Below the pieces are notes generated by a model, which was given only the letters and a program-made list of their open reading frames with translations, was not told where the DNA came from and did not search any database. The translations under genes were made by a program, and so were the position numbers. A stretch of 64,000 nt of DNA from Guillardia theta CCMP2712 (taxonomy: Eukaryota; Protista; Cryptophyta). Positions 49,831 through 64,000 of this stretch are shown here, piece by piece (within the stretch, counting starts at the first letter, position 1; each line of letters starts with the position of its first letter). The stretch is taken from positions 963,582-1,027,581 of the forward strand of contig NW_005434669.1 of assembly GCF_000315625.1 (NCBI RefSeq), read 5' to 3'.

Positions 49831-51153
49831 TGATACCCTCCAACCCCTTCCCTTCCTCTCTCTCTTCTTCAGAGACCTTTTGTTTTCTTTCTCCTCTACC
49901 TTGGATCCTTCCTCCTTCCTCCTGCATCCTCCTCCTCCCTCCCTCCGTCCCTCCCTCCGTCCCTCCCTCTTCACCTCCTACTCCACGCTTCCCATGCTGT
50001 GTTTTGACCACTGATTTTTTAGCCAACAGGGGTTCCTGCTGAGTACCCCTCCGATCCCCTGCATACCACCCCACTCAGCCTACATACCGTAATATGAGAG
50101 TAAAGTCACTGAAGTTCACAAAAGTTCGGACTAGCCGGGCCCGAGAGTGAGGGCCGGGCCACTCTGACTCACAGCACCGCCGGGCGGCCCGCCGGGGCTT
50201 GAAGGGTGCAAGTCAGAATTGAAGTCACCCTTTCAAATTAGGGTTTCATTTTTCAAATTTTATTGATCTCAGGGCAGCCTTTGAAAATTAGGGAGGATAA
50301 AATATTTAAAGGTTCGACATGGAGCCGAATGTTCGATGTAGCCTCCATCATCGGACGTAGGTCAGCACCATTACCCCTGACCCCCTCTATATATATGAAA
50401 AGGACCGGTATTTTCTGGGTTGTCGGAGCGAAGCCCCAATCCAGATGGGCTGGGAATGATAAAAAAAGACGAGTTTTCGGGGTCGGCGGGGTGGGTAGGC
50501 TACACCTGCCGGGTCTATAGAAGACAGGGTATTTTAGACTTGTTTAGAGGAGGTAGGGGTAGCTCCATTGGGGGTCAGTCGAGGCAACGTATCAGAGAGC
50601 AATGATCCCTAATTAAGTTTAGTTGACTTCCGTCAGCAGCTGTGAACACAGAGGGTGGGGTGGATCTCGATACACCCCTCTAATTCCTAGATCAAATCAT
50701 ACAATGGAAGGGGTTGTATGGACATGTAGTAGGTGATTGTCAAGTTTCCAGGGAGGGTGTGAGCAATCCTGTGGAAGTGTTGAAAACTCGTTCGACCTTG
50801 CTGTACCGGAAACGAAAGACGCTCCAGGCAGGGGTCATTTCCCACGAGAAAAGTGGGTACTCTTTGGGTTGCAAATGAGAGTTGGTTTCTCCTTCAACCA
50901 CGGGGGTGGTTTCGTGGCCATACGGAGGGTGGGGGTTATCTCATTTTCAAGGAACGGTATTACCCACCCTTCCTTTTCACTCAGGATTGAATCATCACCC
51001 CCTTATTTATATCTGATCTTGTATATTTAGGGTGGGTATTTTGAGTACCCCTACCCCACTATGAAGGAGCTCAATTAGTACCCCACCCAGCGGGTCACAA
51101 CGTCCCCTCCCCTAGCGCCCCTTCCCTAATCCGCCGTCGCCCCTGCAGCCGCC

Positions 51154-54933
<3,780 letters not shown>

Positions 54934-55012
54934 TTTCATCTGCTTTTAAGTATTTACGTTGCAAGAAAGTGGTAAAACGAATGCTTATGAATGATGAATA
55001 CTGCTCTCGTCA

Positions 55013-55743
55013 TTACAACCATTTGAAGTTGAACCCTTTGCCAGATTTGTTTGCCCACTCCTCTAGTGTTGACGAGCTTTTCTCATTCCACAATTTTCTC
55101 CGTTTCACGTTGCTCCCGGCCTCGCCCGCAGCAAGTCCTGCCTGTGCGGGCGGAACAGGTTCAGAAGCAAGACTTCTCCTGCCCCTGTCCTTATCCATCT
55201 CAGAAGGAGCGACAATCTGAAAGTTGGGAGCGTTCAAACAGAACCTCTCCTGGGGCAGGGGAATGCCTGGCCTGTTTGGGATGTTGGGCAAAGGACATGC
55301 GTTCTTGGCTTTCGCCCATTCCTCCAGTTTCTCTGCATCCGGTCGCTGAGCATATTCCTGCGCGTGCTGAACTTTCATCTCCAGCGCAAGCTTGAGGTCG
55401 TCAAGCTCCACTGTTGGATTTGTCTTCTCTTCGTCGGGCTTCGTCCCTAATCGCTGATGTGCAGCCCACACAGCCTCCTTGAAAACATCCACGTTGAATC
55501 TGTGTAAAATCTCTCTGAGCATCTGTACAACCCTGTTGTCTGCCACATGAACACGTCAGATTCGCACATTTTGCAAATAGGGATGATTGTACCGAAATCA
55601 TTCACTCCCATCGAGTTCAAGATGTTAACGATGCGTTCGCTGTCATCAATCTTTGGCCGACATGCACGAGACGGGTTGGGTCGAGAGCCGCCATTCTGCA
55701 TCGCCGCCTCTGTCGAAGGCGCTGTGTGGTCGATTCCGCTCAT
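55013..55743 (-). CDS. TAF9: TFIID subunit TAF9
   Basis: Histone fold IVNILNSMGVNDF..RVVQMLREILHRFNVDVFKEA..VELDDLKLAL, plus the conserved AKAKNACPLP..GIPLPQERFCLNAPNFQI. Confidence 0.88.
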
Positions 55744-56184
55744 ACTGCTCTTCCCCTGCCAGCTTTGGCCAGCAAATCTGAATTTCTCTAGATTGCAAAC
55801 GGGTTGATTGAGATCAAATCATTGCAAGATCGGATAATAACAGTCAATCAGAGCGTCCAATCTCAGTTACGAAGCAAAGATCCCCCGAGCTTTCGTGGCG
55901 CAGCCAAAAATCCGGGACAGGCGCTTTAAGAATCCCCCCACGAACGCGGCGGAAGATCGTTATGGCAGCCGGCCTCTCTGTGCAACGATGACAGGAGGAG
56001 AGTGAGAGGTATCAACAGGGAAGGAAGAGAGCTTGTACGTTCCTGCTACGTTCTCCCTGCCCTCTCCCCCCAGCGGCCCCTCCCCCTCTCTGCTCCATGG
56101 CGGCGGAGAGGACGGTAGTTGACTAAACTTTTGGAAGAGAAACCCGCCTCAGGGTAATTGGGACCCAAAAGAGAATTGGGACCC

Positions 56185-57001
56185 ATGGCAGGGTCGGCGC
56201 TAGGGGAGGGGATGCGAGGGCTTAGGAGAGCGGCAGAGGCGATGCAGAGGGCGCTGAACTCAGGCAGCATGCAAGCGAAGGGTTTGAGGCTGCATGGTAC
56301 GCGTGCTGGGCTTGTGGGGCTGCGCCATGCGGAGAATGCGGACTTCGGAACGTCCACGAATCAGGGTATGCAGAAGAAGGAACGGAGGAGAGGGTGGGAA
56401 GCGTTTCCAGGAGGAAGATCGATGATGCTCTCTGATGTTTTCAGGACATACTCTTGTAGATCGTTCAGAGCTAATCACTTCGGGGCTTCTGCTCTGCTCT
56501 GTAGCAGGTCGTTACATGTCAGCAGCGGTCAGGAACACGTCAGCAGTGAAACTGCCTGCCGCCATGGCGAGGATCAGCTTGTGGCGGTTCCATCGGGCAG
56601 CGAAGACGCAGGGCTGACAGCTGCATTCGGAATCTCACACTGGTTTGGAGAGACATCGTCGTATCCCAACATCGTCTTCGCACAGGAGGTGAGGTGCCTT
56701 GCGATGGTCCAACGCATGAGTTGAGGTGCAGGTCCTAGAACATGTTCACAGCTCCTTGGATATTCCATGGTCGCTCACTATCCTCGGAGTCACGTGCTGT
56801 GTGAGGTTGGCCTTCTTTCCTCTCGTCGTCTACCAGCATAGGATCACTGGAAACTTGCAAGCCGCCGCTCCCAAGCTGCAGGTGAGGGACGAGGGGAGAG
56901 AAGGCGCTTGGGGATTGTGATCAGTGGAGTGTGTTAGGAGATCGAGAATGAGTACAAGGCAGCAAAGGAAGTCTACAATGATCCTGGTGAGAATTTGACG
57001 C

Positions 57002-57062
<61 letters not shown>

Positions 57063-58383
57063 GTCATGTGTGAGCTCTTACAACCCCATCTCCCTCCTTA
57101 GCTATCTCTGCTCGTACTTCGCGCGTTGAACTTTCATGTCAGGCGCAGACAGTCGTCGTAAGATGAAGCTTGACGAGATCTACAAAGCGTGAGGGCTGGA
57201 CATTCTCTCGCCGCCTTTCCTCTCATGTGAAGATGCAGCCATGGAAACTGCCGGCCATGGAAGCTCTTTGTGAACGCCTTTGCTCAGGTACAGCGCAATG
57301 AAGTGAAGAAGGAGCTAAGATGTTGGCAGGCGCCTGTGTTCATCTCCATCTTCTTCGGGATCAAGGTGTGAAGATTTTATGACTGCAAAAGACAAGAGAT
57401 GATTTCTTCCAAGGACCTCGGGAACTTTCAGCCGAGCTTCAGCACTGAAACTTTCCTCTGGTGAATTGCTCTTGATCTGGTTGTTGACCCCTTAGTATGC
57501 TATTTAGGGTTTCCGACCTCTCCACCATGGACCCTTATCATATTCTTCCTGGTCTGCTTGTTTTCCTCTTGTGATTCTTCTTGACTTTGATCAACTTTAA
57601 CAGTGGCAGCCATGGCCTCGCTGCTAGCGGTAAGCGTCTGGAGGAACCAGGAGGGAGAAGACGAGGAGATTGGAAGAGATGGAGCGGGGGAAGGAGAGGA
57701 CAGGGAAAGAAGGAGCTGAGGCTAGCATCAGCCGGGCAGGGAGCATCAGGAAGGGGAAGGGGAAGTGGAAGAATGGAGATAAGGGGGATCAGGAGAAGAA
57801 AGTAGCGACAAGCTCACAATCGTTTTTTCGCAGGTCTTAGAGACCAACTTGAAGGCAAGAAAAGCAACGGTGAATCCGATGCAGGTGAGAGCGGAGGGGT
57901 CTGGAGGAAGCAGAGTCTGAGAGCGGAGGGGTCCTGAGGGAGCAGAGTCTGACTTGTCTGCTCTCAGTTCAAGATGCAGCTCGGTGTTCAAAGGATCTTA
58001 TGCTTCTCTATGGTGTCGTGAATCCACAGCTGCAAGGGGCCAAGGATTTTGACAATGCTGCAGGTCCCCATGCTCATCGGCTTGAAGTATCCTGCAGGTG
58101 ACAGCCATTTCTTGTGGAGATATCGCCCTCTCCCTCTCCCTCACTCTCTCTCTCTCTCTCNNNNNNNNNNNNNNNNNNNNNNNNNNNNNNNNNNNNNNNN
58201 NNNNNNNNNNNNNNNNNNNNNNNNNNNNNNNNNNNNNNNNNNNNNNNNNNNNNNNNNNNNCATGTGTCAGGTGATCTCGACCTGTAAGACATGCCCTCTC
58301 AGGTACTCATTCCTTTGTCGACCTGTCTTCAGATCCTTCTCCTCAATCACCCAGCCGTCAAGAAATTCCTCAGGCTGCCATAA
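56185..58383 (+). CDS. Oxa1/YidC/Alb3-family insertase, likely mitochondrial
   Basis: VLEHVHSSLDIPWSLTILGVTCCVRLAFFPLVVYQ, NAFAQAPVFISIFFGIK, SFSTETFLW..SDLSTMDPYHILP, ILLLNHPAVKKFLRLP*; Arg-rich presequence; spans a gap. Confidence 0.88.
57002..57062 (+). repeat. (CTCCTG)n intronic microsatellite
   Basis: Direct inspection. Confidence 0.9.
58161..58260. other. Assembly gap (100 N)
   Basis: Run of N after (CT)n. Confidence 1.
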
Positions 58384-58489
58384 GCTAGTGTGGCCATTTG
58401 ACTGCGTCGTCTCCGATTACGGTCATATCAGCCTGGTTAGTTTCGACTCTACTAGGAGTTTATCCGTGAACAGAAGGAAGTTTGAACCT

Positions 58490-58990
58490 GACTGGCCGCG
58501 GGCATCCGACTTCTCGACCGTGATCGGACTCGTGAGCGGCCCGCTCCCGGGCTTCACAGTCCGTGACTGAGCCGCGGCCGCGGCGGCCCTCTCCGATGCC
58601 TCTCCGATGCCTTCCGACGAACGGCGGTTCATCCTCACGGTCTGGCAACCCGGCGGCCCTGAGCACGCGGCGCCGGGCCCTGGTCCGGACTCCGGGATCC
58701 GATCAGGAGTCACTGAGTCTCCCGGATTGAACCCCCCGGGGCTCCGAGGACACTCGGAGGCTCAGTGACTGACGGTCGAAGCAGTCACAACTGACACCGG
58801 GTTGCCTGCCAGTTTGCCGCGAGTACGGTCACGGTCCCCGGGCCGGGCCCGGAGGGCCCGGCGCCGCCACAGGCCCCTCCACGGTCCGGATCCCGGCGGG
58901 GCGGGGGCCGCGGTGGCCCCGGCGGCAAGTGCCGTCCGGTACTACAAACTTTCAGGCTTACTAGTCAGGCGGTATGATGGGACTCGGTAG
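58490..58990. other. GC palindromic island
   Basis: ctctccgatgc x2, gccgcggccgcggcggcc, tccggactccggga, gagtcactgagtc, gtacggtcacggtc. Confidence 0.75.
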
Positions 58991-59950
58991 GCGCAGAGGT
59001 AGGCGGATCCGGGGGGGTAGAGGGTCCCCTACCGTACTCCCCCGACGTACGGGTGGAGGTACAGACTTGAGACAACCGAAGGGGTCCGATTTAGTTGTGG
59101 ACCCGTGAAAAAGTAGGCTAAGACCACCCGTACTCTATCATCCATGGAGGTACAAGATAAGGGGAGGGGTCACGGCCAAGGACCTACTACGCCCTGTCGG
59201 AATCCAGCTAGGGTCCCTCAGAGGTCTTGGGAGGGGGTGGGGGTCACTGGCACACCTGTACTGTAACAGCAGAAACAGATCCCCTGCAGGGTTGTTCAGG
59301 TACCGTACCCTCGAACGGTCTGTTCTAAAGGAAGGGTGGGGGTACTGGTAAGTAGAACCGCCCAGGGCGCGGCAGGGGTAAAATATTGGGGGATGCTGGG
59401 GTAGGGTAATTTGAATTATGAAAACATACTTTTGAAACGGGGGTGGGTACTGATACCCGGGGGGGAGGGGGGGTTGGACAGGTGGGGCGCAAGAGGGTCG
59501 AGAAAGAATTCCTGGCACAATGTCGCAGCAGGTGAGCGAGTCGATGACGAAAATGCAACAAGCAAGAGAGGAGGAGAAGAGAAAGGGGGGAAAGGAGGAG
59601 AGAGTCTCGGAGGATGAGGGAACGGGAGAGAACAAATGAGGAAGGAGGAGAAGAAGAGAGGAGGAGCCTGGGAGGTAGTCAAGAAAGGCCGAGAAGAGAG
59701 GAAACGAAAAGAGAAATGAAGTGAGGAAGTCAGGAGAGAAAGAGGGCAGGAAGAGATGAGATGAGGCAACTTGAAACAGAGATGTTCATCAAAGTGTGTC
59801 GAACGGATCATTTTGAGCAGAAGGTGGGCATAGGAAAGATTTGGCAGTCGAAAGCTTCATGGCAGAGCAGGAATGAAATCAATTTTCAGATCAGAATGAA
59901 ATGTCTTCAGTCATAACATGCTTTCATTCACAAGATGTCCTGACTGTTGC

Positions 59951-60615
59951 ATGCAGCAAGGCTTCTATGGACTTCCCGCTGGCTTCCAGGGCGGAGCGAT
60001 GCCTCAGGGCGTTCCCCAAGGCATGCCGCAGGGGATGCAGGGAATGATGCCGCAGGGGATGCCGCAGGGGATGCAGGGGATGGTCCCTCAAGGCATGCAA
60101 GGGATGATGCCGCAGGGCATGCCGCAGCAGGGCATGCCGCAGTACGTGGTGGCAGGAGCTCAACAGTTTGAGCAGGTGCGACTAATCTCCTGTGACGCGA
60201 GGTATTTGACAAACCGATCATTGCAGGCGTACCAGAATCCTCAGGCATACATCCAGCAGCTCCCGAATCAGCAAGGGTTCCGACAAGTCGTGCAGGGAGC
60301 TGGGATACCCGGGATGATGCCAGTGCAGCAGGGAGGTCAGGGAGCGCCCATGCAGGGAGTGCCGATGCAGTTCCAGCAAGGGTTCGCCCAGATACCCGGC
60401 ATGCAGGCGGCGCCAGGGCAGTACGCTCAGCAGATGGTGAGAATCGAAGCGAGACGGTAGAGATGCTGACGTCAGAGCAGGGAGGCTACATGGGCGGACA
60501 GATGGATCCGTCCAAGGTATCTTGAGGAAGAGAGGATTGAGCTTTCAGAGTGATTGATGCTTCTTGACAGGCACAGCAGTACATTCAGAAGTTGCCTGGA
60601 CATTATCAGATGTGA
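59951..60615 (+). CDS. Low-complexity Gln/Gly/Met/Pro-rich protein
   Basis: (M)PQGM repeats across spliced exons, ending KLPGHYQM*; start uncertain. Confidence 0.7.
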
Positions 60616-60702
60616 ACTAGCGTCATGTGCGCGGTTTTTCGCGAGGTTTGAATAGGTTGAGTGAAAGAGTCATGTTGTACGAGATTAAAGCAGCTCATAA
60701 TT

Positions 60703-63665
60703 TCAACCCTTGCCTAATGGGCAATGCATGTTTGTGATGTCATGTGCTGCCTTCTTGAGCCGATGGGTTCTCCTCACAATAGCTCCTTGACTTGTACATC
60801 GTTCTAGCACACAATCGGAGAGAACGCCCTTAGCCTGCATGCTAGTCACCCTACCGAGCTCATGCCCCTCCACCTTGCACCTGTCGAACAAACCTCGCTC
60901 CACACTCAGTGCACCTGTTCAAGCAAGAAAGATGCACAAAGGAAGAGCTGCCGCATGCCGTCAGTCAACGGCCGGGCATGACAGTTGCGCTCACCTTTCA
61001 TCGGTTCCCGAGATGCCATATGCTGCCTTCTTGCTCCCTGCTTTGTGTTAGGAGGATGAGGGAGGAGAAAGCGGAGGAGGAGAATCGGGAGCAGGAAGGG
61101 ATACAGGAGGGATGAGCAGGAAGGATGGAAAAGAGAAGAGGGAGCTGCATGACAAGAAGAGGAAGCAGGAAGAGGTGGGGTTAGGGAAGCTGAAACCTTG
61201 AAACGAGCCGATAGCACACTTGTAGAAGCTTGCAGTGGCAACTCCTCTCAGCCATATCGCAGTCCCTCCTACACTCCTCAGCCCGCACTTGTCAAACGTC
61301 CAGCTCCTGCACGGCAAGTCAGGGTGGCTGATTCGTATGCCAGGAGCAAGACAACGATGAGGTGATGGTGACGGTGGGAGTAGCAGGGGAGTATGTCTCT
61401 CTGATCAGCGTCATGTTGGTGAAGGTCCCTGAGCTCTCTTCCTCCAGGTTCCACTCGCCCCAGATGCGTAGGAGGGACACGAAGGGCGGCATCTGCTTGA
61501 CCCCCTGTTCATGGTCAAGCTCCAACGAGCGGATGGGACTGTTCTTGAGTGACTCCAGCAGCTGCTCGACCCACTGTCTTTCTGCCGTCATCATGAGCGA
61601 AGGATCACAACTAGCACGATCAGCTCACGAGCAGGATTTTCAGGCATTCTGCTGCCGAAGTGGCAGACCTCCCGCAACCAGAGAGGCCTGCAAGATGAGG
61701 TGAGGAGAGGATCATGCTCTACGGAGGAGCACCTATCCATAGCATACTCGCCATACTCAATCGACAGTGTCTCGTTGGTTTTGGCGAGTGCTGTGATGGA
61801 GGAAAGATACAGCAAGTTGAACTGGAGGGAAGGATCAACGCGCACTCCCACGTTGGAGCATTCCCGCAAGTCATACCTGAGACTTCTTAGCCTCCATGAT
61901 GTCTTCCTCCTCAGGTTGCCTTGAGCCCATCGCGGGGATTTCAGGGATCACGTTTCCCATCAATTTGGTTCCATCCTCCATGAGAATTTCCACAGAGGGC
62001 TGCTCAGCGAGTCATTGAGCTCTTGATCTCTCAAGAGAATCAGCCTTCACCTGACTGAAGTTTTGCGCAGCTCCATCGGCATCGGCGTTATGAGCTGACG
62101 ACTGATGGGAAGAAGGGTCGACGATTTCAGCACGAAATGCTCTCATACGGTCAAAGTCGTCTCCCTCTCCCTCTCCCTCTCCCTCTCCCTCTCCCTCTCC
62201 CTCGTCCTCGTCCTCCCTCCCCCAATCCTCCTCTTGCTCCTCTCTCTCCTCTTGCTCGTGCTCGTGCTCTTGTTCTTCCCCCTCCTCGTGCTCCTGCTGG
62301 TGCCGGACTGCATCGCCTGGTCGCTCCTTGTGCTCTCCTAGAGCGTTGGATTGCTCGGGACCTTCTCCTCCTCCACGCACTCTCTTGAATAGGACGCCCT
62401 CATTGGAAGCATAGAACGTCTCAACCCCATCCACGCTCGTCTTGTGCTTGCCTGCACAGTTGTCGCCTTTTCTTGCCTTCTTGTTCCTGTTTCCGTGCGG
62501 TTCAGAAAGATCCAACAATGTAGTAGAAGTAGGAGTAGGAGGAGGAGGAGGAGGAGGAGGAGGAGGAGGAGGAGAGAGAAGGAGAGACAGGAGGAGAGGA
62601 GGAGGAGAGGACGATGATGAGGAGGAAGGGAGCATTAGCATCGGAACAAAACTGTTGCTACACCTCGACACAAACTTTTTCCACACTCTCACCTTGTGCT
62701 CGAGCGAGGGTTCCACAGCTCCCATGTGAACCCCAGGGAGTCAAGCAACCCTTTCCTGACCACACGCGCACATCAGGTGGAGGGAAGCAGCTCCTCTCCG
62801 TACTCCACGGCTCTCACCTCTGCTCCCAAACTTCTCCTGCTCCCTTGTTGCGCCTCTGGCGCATCCAGCTCACCCAAGAGCCAAGTTCTGACCTCCGAGG
62901 GACGTTGCAGTGGCCGTGAGCCAACTTGAACCGGAGCAGCTCACTGTACCGCTCGTTCCAGTAGTCATGACGCACTTTGACCCAGCTCCAGTGAAGCCCG
63001 AGCTCATCCAGCAGCAGCTCTCTATCCTTCCTCATCGTGTTCCGACGCTTTATCGCCCTCTGCCATGCTACCCAGTTAGACAGCGACAAGTCGTGGAAGC
63101 GTTTCTGCGGGACGTTGCAATGACCATGTTGTTGTTTGAACAGGATGAGCTCGCAGTAATGTTGATTCCAGGTTCTCTTGGCGTTGGTTGGTGGCTGATC
63201 AGAACAGAAGGAGTCGTGAGAGTACAAGTGACTTGACCCGCTGACTTCGCTCTCGACTTCCATATGCTTCTCCGCGCGGCTGGTCCTCGAGCAACGACCA
63301 TGCACGTGGCGTTCAGCATGCAGATCTTCACCTGAGCTTGTGGAGAGAGGCGAGACAGGTCTGCTGCTGTAGGCATCCAGAGCAGCGAAGCCAAAAAAAC
63401 TTGATCCTGCATGCTCTCCTAGGGCCTCTGCCTCTACTTCCCAGCCCACATCAAAGTTCGCATGCATGTGATATTGTGGTGTCTCAGTCTTGCTTCGCAA
63501 GCTTAAGATGCGCTGATGGCAAGCCGCTCCTGCTCCTCCTGCTCCTACTGCTCCTCCTGCTCCTACTGCTCCTCCTGATCCTCCTGCTCCTCCTGCTCCT
63601 CCTGCCCCTCCCGCCATCCCCAGCGCCACCACCATCAGGCTCAGCCAAGCCATCGGGCGCATCAT
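60703..63665 (-). CDS. Signal-peptide protein with two helicase-associated (HA) domains, an acidic linker and a possible beta-helix C-terminus
   Basis: WNQHYCELILFKQQHGHCNVPQ..LSNWVAWQR..LLDELGLHW and WNERYSELLRFKLAHGHCNVP..LGSWVSWMR..[intron]KGLLDSLGFTW. C-terminal exons WTFDKCGLRSVGGTAIWLRG and FDRCKVEG. Joining these into one gene is inferred. Confidence 0.75.
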
Positions 63666-64000
63666 TTCGGCAGGACCCCCTTGTAAAATGATCCCCTGAA
63701 TTCTCGAGATCACCCCTTCTCTGAAGAATTAAATTGAGGGTCATCATGGGCCATTAAGTACCCCCTACCCCCTCCATTGGTAGAGATTCTAGCAGTCCGG
63801 CAGGGATGCTCGCGTCACCCGTGACTTCTAGGTGAAGATCGTTGAGGTGAACTGAAAACCAGACGCGCAAGGAGAGTAGGAGGAAAGAGGAGGACAGAGG
63901 TGGAGAGAGGAGGAGGAGGAGGAGGAGGAGGAGGAGGAGGAGGAGGAGAGAGGAGGAGAGAGTAGGACAGAGACGAGAGAGTAGCAGAGAGAGGATAGAG

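Overview
Gene-dense, intron-rich eukaryotic nuclear DNA. Introns are mostly ~45-60 nt, many are inflated by microsatellites, and there are two 100-N assembly gaps. Two genes (VIPP1, EngB) have bipartite leaders ending in AA-F, typical of algae with complex red plastids; with the intron style this suggests a cryptophyte (inference). Recognisable genes, from protein motifs read by eye: polo-like kinase, glucosidase II beta, UreG, Rab1, VIPP1, WDR3/UTP12, an SP-RING protein with a 72-bp coding repeat, SKP1, EngB, a Ulp-type SUMO protease, a signal-peptide OGT-like GT41 protein, NAD(P) transhydrogenase, TAF9, Oxa1 and a signal-peptide HA-domain protein, plus several unknowns. The most unusual signals are non-genic. 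(i) Recurrent GC-rich intergenic islands are built from micro-palindromes and micro-duplications and are flanked by TACCCC-rich arms. (ii) In a tandem duplication at 37716-38019, the island-proximal copy carries six extra short segments, most of them apparently templated, which suggests a process that could build such islands. (iii) The accessory block at 38.0-42.1 kb has a 42-bp motif in three copies (one inverted), a SWIM-like relic and a decayed Crypton-like element. Exon boundaries and several start codons are approximate, and no database searches were run.
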